IMG/VR virus record: IMGVR_UViG_3300045988_113306
DNA: 64,000 bases
Strand: one strand, 5' to 3'
DNA from: a virus
A program made the position numbers and the translations under genes. The notes under the pieces are model-generated. The model searched no databases. It saw only the letters and a list, made by a program, of their open reading frames with translations, and was not told the DNA's origin. The number at the start of each line of letters is the position of its first letter. Within the stretch, counting starts at the first letter, position 1. This document shows, piece after piece, positions 50,077 to 56,366 of this stretch.

Positions 50077-50448
50077 ATGACAATGAACAGCATAGAGCAA
50101 TACCCTTTGGCGCAGCTAAAGGGCGCATACGAGGAGATATGCGAGGAATACCGCCGCCGCATCAACGAGCAATGGGACTTGGACATCAAAGATTCTTGGT
50201 GGATTCCCTCTGACCGTATAGGTATGACTCTTGCATTGTGCGACCTTGAATACTCTCTTGGCATGGAGGACGTAAGGCTTATGGTAGATTTGAATGTAAG
50301 TTACGAGGACTTCAACGAGTGGTGGAATCATTGTCTCGGTGATACCAAATATCATATCAACGCATTTAGCTGGTTCGTGAATGGAGCGAGACCTAAAGAC
50401 TTGAACAATGACCTCTATCCGCAAGACAAAGAAAGCGTTGAAGCGTGA
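50077..50448 (+). CDS. hypothetical protein, 123 aa
   Basis: Track ORF 50044..50448 shortened to ATG 50077. Confidence 0.5.
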   Translation: MTMNSIEQYPLAQLKGAYEEICEEYRRRINEQWDLDIKDSWWIPSDRIGMTLALCDLEYSLGMEDVRLMVDLNVSYEDFNEWWNHCLGDTKYHINAFSWFVNGARPKDLNNDLYPQDKESVEA

Positions 50449-50683
50449 GATACGACGCATTGAATCTCAAACGGATTATTCGTATCTTGGCGTGAACGAC
50501 AATCCCTTGCAAGAGTGCGCAACCGCATACACTAACGCATGGATTGTCGCTTTTAAGGAATCCGAATTAGTTTTTTTGATTGTGCGATGTCGCGTAAAGT
50601 CTTTTCATACAAAGATGATGCGTAAATTAAAGGCCATGCCCGAAAGTCCAAAGAAAGAACAAACAGCAAAACAGACAATATGA
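50408..50683 (+). CDS. hypothetical protein, 91 aa
   Basis: Track ORF; 41-nt overlap with the previous gene. Confidence 0.4.
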   Translation: MTSIRKTKKALKREIRRIESQTDYSYLGVNDNPLQECATAYTNAWIVAFKESELVFLIVRCRVKSFHTKMMRKLKAMPESPKKEQTAKQTI

Positions 50684-51508
50684 AAATAGACATTACATTT
50701 GAACAAGCGTTGGCGAAAGCGTCACCATCCCTACGCGAGAAAATGATTAAGACCGTGGGGTTGCTTCGTAAGGCTGAAAAGTTAGCATTGAAATACGATG
50801 CTGATAACGGCTATTGGCTTGCGTTCTCTTGCGGCAAAGACAGCCAATGCTTATATCACATGACACAACTTGCATGCGTTAAGTTTAAGGCCCATTTCTC
50901 GCCAACATCATGCGACCCGCCGCAAGCGATAAGATTCTGTAAAACCAAATATCCCGAAGTGGAAATCATTCCGCCTAAGACGTCTATCTATAAAGCCGCA
51001 GTAGAGATGGCCTGTTTGCCTATGATGCGTGTAAGATACTGTTGTGCATTGTTCAAAGAGGGCCACGGTTCGGGGCGCGTAACCCTTACAGGTGTGCGTA
51101 AATCTGAATCTATCAAGCGTTCAAAACGACACGAGGTGGAAGTGTCTAACCACAAATTCAGTGGTGATTTAGACGATTTTACGGCGTATTCTGAAAAGCG
51201 CATAAAGAAAATCCTTAAACACGTCAATCAAGACCAATTCGGCGAAGCCAAGGAAACCGAAATAAGGTGCATATCGGGCAAGGACAAGATTATAGTCAAT
51301 CCTATAATCGACTGGACCGAATCGGATGTGTGGGAGTTCTTGAATAATGTCGTTGAAGTTCCCCATTGCGAGTTGTATGACCCTCCGTATAATAAGAAAC
51401 GAATCGGATGTATTCTTTGCCCGATGTCCTCTTACAAAAACAAGCTGCAAGATTGTGAAGACTATCCGCATATAAAAGCTAAATGGCTGAAAGTCATTAA
51501 ATTAATTC

Positions 51509-51516
51509 GGGGGGGG
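51509..51516. repeat. G8 homopolymer tract
   Basis: Counted directly. Confidence 0.95.
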
Positions 51517-51564
51517 CGAATCAGGCTCGAAGGAGTATGGGGCCTCAACATACCTACAACGTAT

Positions 51565-51575
51565 GGGGGGGGGGG
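51565..51575. repeat. G11 homopolymer tract
   Basis: Counted directly. Confidence 0.95.
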
Positions 51576-51802
51576 ATTTCCCGAATGGGCTTCCCAATAC
51601 ACGCGAAATCAGACGGAGCGGAATCGCATGAACAAAAGAATGGAGAGAATTATCCCTTTTGCGATAGCCCCGACATGGGGCTGACCGACGAAGAAAAAGA
51701 GGACTATATATGTGAAAAGATTTTTCAATGGTGGATAAGTGGCAAATCTTACGACAAGTGGTTTGCAGAAGAATTTCTACAACAAAAACTAAATTTTGAC
51801 GA

Positions 51803-52042
51803 ATGACACAAGAACAGTACGAAAGAGCGGAGTTAATAGCTCGCAAACTTCGCAATATGAACTTAGCGCTTGACGCTATGAAATCCCAATAGGACGTTAC
51901 TCTGACTATTGATTTGTACAGACATGAATATGATGTGTTCCCACAAAAAGTTGTTCTGTGTGACGATGGCGTGAATAATCTCATAAGAGAATATTTAACC
52001 AACCGTATCACCGAACTTGAAAAGGAATTTAAATGGCTATGA
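51803..52042 (+). pseudogene. small ORF with in-frame TAG
   Basis: MTQEQYERAELIARKLRNMNLALDAMKSQ-TAG(51890-51892)-DVTLTIDLYRHEYDVFPQKVVLCDDGVNNLIREYLTNRITELEKEFKWL*; no ATG in the second half. Confidence 0.4.
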
Positions 52043-52111
52043 CAAGAGACTATGTGAAAAATTGCGACGGGCGATAAGCAATTTCTTTTGACTAACTTAA
52101 AATCAAAGAGA

Positions 52112-52411
52112 ATGGCTACATTAATTCACGATAACATAATCCCGATGGTGGCGGAAGTCTACGGAGTGACTGTGGAGGACATACTCGGCAAGACACGGAA
52201 ACAGCCTATAGCCGAGGCAAGACAGATGGCGATGTATATCTATCGTTCTCACGCTCAATTTAAGTTCGATGCCATTGCGAATATTTTTGGACGTAAGCAT
52301 CCAACCGTTATAAGTGGGGTGCAATCAGCGTTAGCGTTAATCGACGTGGATAATACGACTAAACAGAAATACAATCAAATTCTCGTCAAACTATGCCCCA
52401 ATCTCAATTGA
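52112..52411 (+). CDS. stand-alone DnaA domain IV-like HTH protein, 99 aa
   Basis: VEDILGKTRKQPIAEARQMAMYIYRSH...FGRKHPTVISGV parallels the DnaA C-terminal DNA-binding domain. Confidence 0.6.
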   Translation: MATLIHDNIIPMVAEVYGVTVEDILGKTRKQPIAEARQMAMYIYRSHAQFKFDAIANIFGRKHPTVISGVQSALALIDVDNTTKQKYNQILVKLCPNLN

Positions 52412-53115
52412 CCGTATTGGCTTCGGGCAGTCAAGGCAACGGATATGTAATCAAATCAGACAATGAAGTGCTGATACTTGAAGCTGGCGTTCCGTTCAAG
52501 GAGTGTTCCAAATCACTCACCCACGACATCAGCCAAGTTAAGGCGGTGATATGCTCCCACGGGCATAAAGACCATTCAGCTTACATCAAACAATACCAAC
52601 AGCACGGCTTGACCGTATATTCCAACGCAGATGTCGCAAGCGACTTCGACGGAGTGATTGCGCTGGAGCCAATGAAAAAGTATCACCTCGGCGGCTTTAC
52701 GGTGACACCGCTTAGAGTACCGCACGGTGACTGCCCCAATTACGCCTATCATATCACACTACCCGACGGTCAGACATTGCTGTTCGCGACTGATTTGGAA
52801 TACTTCGGCTATGGGTTCAAGGGCATTAATCACCTCGCCATTGAATGTAATTATTCCGATGACATCCGCATTGACGCGATGCTCAACGGAGCGGAGCTGA
52901 GAAGCCAAAGTCGCAACCATCTGAGCTTGGACAAGTGCGTGGAGGTCATAAAACGCCTCAAATCGCCGTCTTTGTCCTCGGTGGTATTGTTGCACCTATC
53001 ACAGGGATTAGGTGACGCAGAGGGCTTTAAAAAGCGCATTTTCGACGAGTGCGGAATACGGGCCGAAGTGGCGGACAAAGGGACTGTGCATGTTTTGAAT
53101 AAAGACGAGTTTTAG
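52393..53115 (+). CDS. metallo-beta-lactamase fold hydrolase
   Basis: VICSHGHKDHS (HxHxDH) plus later conserved His and Asp residues; 240 aa. Confidence 0.65.
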   Translation: MPQSQLTVLASGSQGNGYVIKSDNEVLILEAGVPFKECSKSLTHDISQVKAVICSHGHKDHSAYIKQYQQHGLTVYSNADVASDFDGVIALEPMKKYHLGGFTVTPLRVPHGDCPNYAYHITLPDGQTLLFATDLEYFGYGFKGINHLAIECNYSDDIRIDAMLNGAELRSQSRNHLSLDKCVEVIKRLKSPSLSSVVLLHLSQGLGDAEGFKKRIFDECGIRAEVADKGTVHVLNKDEF

Positions 53116-53147
53116 CTTGCGTGTTTCAAGGATTATTGCTATCTTTG
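53116..53147 (+). promoter_or_regulatory. candidate promoter (CTTG-N20-TATCTTTG)
   Basis: -7 box 53140-53147; 119-nt leader to ATG 53267. Confidence 0.5.
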
Positions 53148-53186
53148 TGATGCGAATTAGTATGAATCAGTTTTATGAAATAAAAA

Positions 53187-53262
53187 GTCCGAGAAAGTGT
53201 TGGGTAGCGGAAACGCCCCAAGGTTGCATACTAACCTCGCAGCACTTCGCTCGGATTTTTTT
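53187..53262 (+). promoter_or_regulatory. terminator-like structure in the leader of KilA-N copy 2
   Basis: TCCGAG..AAGTG pairs with CACTT..CTCGGA around two small inner hairpins, followed by TTTTTTT 5 nt before the ATG. Confidence 0.5.
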
Positions 53263-53266
53263 AACT

Positions 53267-54061
53267 ATGAATGAAATTCAAGTTTTTAATTACAACGGTA
53301 GCGGAATCGCGTTTAGCACCGACAAGTGTGTAATGGTGTCAGCTACCGCAATGGCGAAACCTTTTGGTAAATCCCCGACTGATTGGCTTAAAACTCGCAG
53401 TGCCAAACAGTTTGTCAAAGAATTGGGCGAGTTGAAGAATATCAACTCGGTTGATTTAGTGAAAGTTACATACGGTGACAACGGCGGCACATGGATGCAC
53501 GAAGATGTCGCGTTGGAGTTCGCACGTTGGTTGGCCCCCAAGTTTGCCATTTGGTGCAACGACCGAATAAAAGAATTGCTAACATATAGCAAAACTAATA
53601 TGCCCGCTATCCCGCAGACTTTCGCTGAAGCGTTGCAGCTCGCCGCCGACCAAGCCAAGCAGATTGAACAACAGCAAGCACTCCTATTGGCACAAGGCGA
53701 GGCAATAGCCGAAAAGGACAAGGCTATATCGGAACTGCACGAAAAGACTTCTTACCTTGATAAAATCCTGCAAAGCAAAGAAACTATCACCACGACTCAA
53801 ATAGCTCAAGACTATGGAATGTCGGCGAAGAAATTCAATGTTGAGCTTCGCAACATGAAGATTCAACGCAAAGTGGGCGGTCAGTGGATTCTTTACTCTC
53901 CCTACAACACTATGGGTTATGTCCATTCCGAAACTTTTATCCCAGAAAGCTCCACCACAAGGAAAGTTGTTACCCTTTCTAAATGGACTCAAAAAGGGAG
54001 GCTGTTTTTGTATGAGGAGATGAAGAAACGCGACATCCTGCCGTTGATTGAACGCAGATAG
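53267..54061 (+). CDS. KilA-N domain / antirepressor (KilAC-like C-terminus), copy 2
   Basis: FNYNGSGIAF...KSPTDWLKT...GTWMHEDVALEFARWLAPKFAIWCNDRIKELL; ATG at 53267 (MNEIQVF). Confidence 0.7.
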   Translation: MNEIQVFNYNGSGIAFSTDKCVMVSATAMAKPFGKSPTDWLKTRSAKQFVKELGELKNINSVDLVKVTYGDNGGTWMHEDVALEFARWLAPKFAIWCNDRIKELLTYSKTNMPAIPQTFAEALQLAADQAKQIEQQQALLLAQGEAIAEKDKAISELHEKTSYLDKILQSKETITTTQIAQDYGMSAKKFNVELRNMKIQRKVGGQWILYSPYNTMGYVHSETFIPESSTTRKVVTLSKWTQKGRLFLYEEMKKRDILPLIERR

Positions 54062-54063
54062 TT

Positions 54064-54093
54064 TTTGAACTTAAAGATATTTTTGTAACTTTG
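54064..54093 (+). promoter_or_regulatory. candidate promoter for the tRNA pair (TTTG-N18-TAACTTTG)
   Basis: -7 box 54086-54093. Confidence 0.5.
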
Positions 54094-54182
54094 CATAAGC
54101 GTTGTGAAACGCGCTATCGATTCATGATTTTAAAGTTAAAATGGTTAATTGGGGGCGGGGGGTGAAACTCCCCGCCTAATTC

Positions 54183-54254
54183 TGCCTCGTAGTATAACGG
54201 CTATTACATCAGTTTTTGGCACTGAATATGGTGTTTCGACTACACCCGAGGCAA
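54183..54254 (+). tRNA. tRNA-Gln (UUG)
   Basis: Hand fold: 7-bp acceptor with U1-A72, anticodon stem TCAGT/ACTGA, loop TTTTGGC, T arm GGTGT-TTCGACT-ACACC. Confidence 0.8.
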
Positions 54255-54353
54255 CTAAGGGATATGCAAGAGAGCAGTCCTGCGGCGTGAGGCGCTAATG
54301 ATACCATATTTATCTTATTTTTTCGCGGATGCAATGCAAGCACATCCGCACAT

Positions 54354-54424
54354 GGTTGAGTAGAAAAGTGGTAATTCAACGGTCTGCAAAACCGTCATCG
54401 GCGGTTCGATTCCGCCCTCAACCT
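54354..54424 (+). tRNA. tRNA-Cys (GCA)
   Basis: Hand fold: acceptor GGTTGAG/CTCAACC, anticodon stem ACGGT/ACCGT, loop CTGCAAA, T arm GGCGG-TTCGATT-CCGCC, discriminator U as in tRNA-Cys. Confidence 0.8.
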
Positions 54425-54442
54425 CTAATATTTTTGACTTCA

Positions 54443-54862
54443 ATGCCCGTAAGATTTAAAAGAAAGAAAGGGAACAAGTACAACGCATCCAAAGCGTCCG
54501 CCGACGGCATGGAGTTTGACTCCACCAAGGAACGTGACAGGTATTTGTTCCTTAAACAAGCCGAAAAAAACGGAATTATTTCCAATTTGGAGTTGCAGCC
54601 CAAATACATCATCTTGCCCGCTATCACCGACGAACGTGTGAAGCGCCTTAAAACAAAGGACAAAGTGGAATCATACACGGTTCAACAGCCGGTGAGATAC
54701 ACTGGTGATTTCCGTTATGTGAAAGATGGGCTAATCGTGGTGGAGGACGTGAAAGGCTCCAAGTTCACTATGAGCCGTGATTTGCCCTTGCGGGTAAAGA
54801 TGCTCCGCTATTTCCACGGCATACAAGTAAAGTTGGTGTTCAACCCTAATGAACCGATATGA
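54443..54862 (+). CDS. DUF1064-type PD-(D/E)xK nuclease-like protein, 139 aa
   Basis: GMEFDSTKERDRYLFL...YTGDFRYVKDGLIVVEDVKG fits the DUF1064 pattern from memory; ATG 54443 chosen because track start 54329 overlaps tRNA-Cys. Confidence 0.5.
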   Translation: MPVRFKRKKGNKYNASKASADGMEFDSTKERDRYLFLKQAEKNGIISNLELQPKYIILPAITDERVKRLKTKDKVESYTVQQPVRYTGDFRYVKDGLIVVEDVKGSKFTMSRDLPLRVKMLRYFHGIQVKLVFNPNEPI

Positions 54863-55026
54863 AAAAGAAAAATCAAAAAACACCCGTGCCCTGCCTCGGA
54901 TTCAGGTTCACCGAAAAAGAGGAACTGTTGATTGACTTGCACATACTGAATTCTATAAAGTTTATGCGCAAATACGGTAAGGGAATCCAGCCTTTGCGCG
55001 AAGGCCATCCAATTTCTCGCCGTTAA
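54859..55026 (+). CDS. small hypothetical protein, 55 aa
   Basis: Own translation MKKKNQKTPVPCLGFRFTEKEELLIDLHILNSIKFMRKYGKGIQPLREGHPISRR; ATGA coupling. Confidence 0.4.
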   Translation: MKKKNQKTPVPCLGFRFTEKEELLIDLHILNSIKFMRKYGKGIQPLREGHPISRR

Positions 55027-55027
55027 G

Positions 55028-55059
55028 TTTGCATAACTCAATGCAATACATTAATTTTG
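55028..55059 (+). promoter_or_regulatory. Bacteroidota-type promoter (TTTG-N20-TAATTTTG)
   Basis: -33 box 55028-55031, -7 box 55052-55059, 26 nt before ATG 55085. Confidence 0.55.
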
Positions 55060-55084
55060 TGTTACAGTATCAATTTTTTACATT

Positions 55085-55426
55085 ATGGCAACGACAACAA
55101 CTGAAAAAGTAAAGTTCGGGACAGTGGAAAGCGCCACAGTTCCCGCCGACAACTCATTGGACTCATCTCGTGAATACAACATCCGTGAATCGGTTTCAAT
55201 CCGAGGCAACAGCGTTGAATCATTGAACAGCGGCATCGTGGAACCTCTAAGCGGAGGCAGCTCATTGGCGCTGTTCAATCAATACATGGGTTCGGGACTA
55301 AACATTACGTTCATGAACGACGTTGAAACTTCCGCTCAGTGCTCAATCCTAAACGCCGTCAACGAGCATATCAAGGCCGTCAAGGACAAGATTGCGTCGA
55401 ACGCAAGTCAGGCAATTAACGCATAA
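55085..55426 (+). CDS. hypothetical protein, 113 aa
   Basis: Track ORF. Confidence 0.55.
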   Translation: MATTTTEKVKFGTVESATVPADNSLDSSREYNIRESVSIRGNSVESLNSGIVEPLSGGSSLALFNQYMGSGLNITFMNDVETSAQCSILNAVNEHIKAVKDKIASNASQAINA

Positions 55427-55436
55427 AACCTCCCAA

Positions 55437-56033
55437 ATGACATACGATACGTTAGTTTTATCCAACAACCTGTTGTCCAACATACCCGTTGTGTTGGGGT
55501 CAAAGCAAATGGACAGCGACCTGTACACGACTATAACCCTTTTACAGGTTTCGTACCAAAGGGAGATAACCAAGTTGGACGAGTTCATGCAGGATGTTGT
55601 GAAAAAGCTCAAAAAGGAGGGATTCGACGACCGAGCCGCAAAGCAGAAGAAGCGTGAGGACATCGAGCGTCGCATCGCCGAGCATGATAATTGGCAGGAG
55701 GGACAAAAGGACGCCGAGGGCAACGAAATCCCGCGACCTGCAATGCCGAGTGACGAGGAAATCAACGATGCAAAAGAAATTGAGAAAGACAAGGATGCAT
55801 ACGACAAGGAACTTGACGAGCTCAATAAAGCCTACCAAAAGGCTTATATGGAGAAGATGGGACAGGAGGCTCCAAAGCTACCCAAGCTGTCACGCGACCA
55901 ATATGTCAACCTTGTTTCTTTCGTCGGACTCGCTGGCGACATCGAATACAAAGGAATTGGCATGGAAAAGCCGACAAAACTTGAAAGTCGACATTTCCTG
56001 ACCATGATTGCATTCAACGTTGTAGAATCTTAG
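55437..56033 (+). CDS. hypothetical protein, 198 aa, charged central region
   Basis: Track ORF 55392..56033 shortened to ATG 55437. Confidence 0.55.
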   Translation: MTYDTLVLSNNLLSNIPVVLGSKQMDSDLYTTITLLQVSYQREITKLDEFMQDVVKKLKKEGFDDRAAKQKKREDIERRIAEHDNWQEGQKDAEGNEIPRPAMPSDEEINDAKEIEKDKDAYDKELDELNKAYQKAYMEKMGQEAPKLPKLSRDQYVNLVSFVGLAGDIEYKGIGMEKPTKLESRHFLTMIAFNVVES

Positions 56034-56042
56034 CCTGCGTAT

Positions 56043-56327
56043 ATGATTCATGACATAATCTCAACTTTCTGCGTCGCACGAGGTGTTAGTGCGGACGATG
56101 TTACTCATGAATCTACTTTTAGGGACATCTGCATCACCAGATACATGATTTACGCCTATCTCCACAACAACATGAACGTGTCGGCATCCGACATCGGGAA
56201 AGTGTTCGGAAGGACGCGCATAAATGTCCTGCGGGGAATAAGGGTGTTGAAAGGGTGGATGCGATACCACACTGAAATCAAGGAAGAGTATCATTCCATA
56301 ATAAAAACGATTGAGGGAGCCGATTAA
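56043..56327 (+). CDS. second DnaA domain IV-like HTH protein, 94 aa
   Basis: VSADDVTHESTFRDICITRYMIYAYL...DIGKVFGRTRINVLRGI parallels 52112..52411 and the DnaA C-terminus. Confidence 0.5.
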   Translation: MIHDIISTFCVARGVSADDVTHESTFRDICITRYMIYAYLHNNMNVSASDIGKVFGRTRINVLRGIRVLKGWMRYHTEIKEEYHSIIKTIEGAD

Positions 56328-56342
56328 GCTCCCTCTTTTTTG
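56313..56342 (+). terminator. intrinsic terminator at the convergence with the tape-measure gene
   Basis: GAGGGAGC/GCTCCCTC stem followed by TTTTTTG. Confidence 0.75.
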
Positions 56343-56366
56343 TATATGGATGGGTAGAAAAAGGAA

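Larger units (their letters stand above)
50680..51806 (+). pseudogene. PAPS reductase / PP-loop family protein (copy 2), out of frame at G8/G11 tracts
   Basis: AFSCGKDSQ PP-loop, GCILCP cysteines; frame 1 ends at 51684 but track ORF 51537..51806 (..EEKEDYICEKIFQWWISGKSYDKWF..) continues coding and ends in ATGA coupling. Confidence 0.6.

Noticed and set aside
632-52042. Genome-wide TAG or TAA stop-codon reassignment to explain the two in-frame stops
   Set aside because: terL (632-634), tnpB (25182-25184), 5244..5675 and 36326..36562 all terminate sensibly at TAG. TAA ends many genes right before the next start. No suppressor tRNA is present; the anticodons found are CAU, UUG and GCA.
54329-54442. 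N-terminal extension of the DUF1064 ORF (track start 54329)
   Set aside because: The extension is translated straight through the tRNA-Cys gene (54354-54424). ATG 54443, just after the tRNA, is the sensible start.
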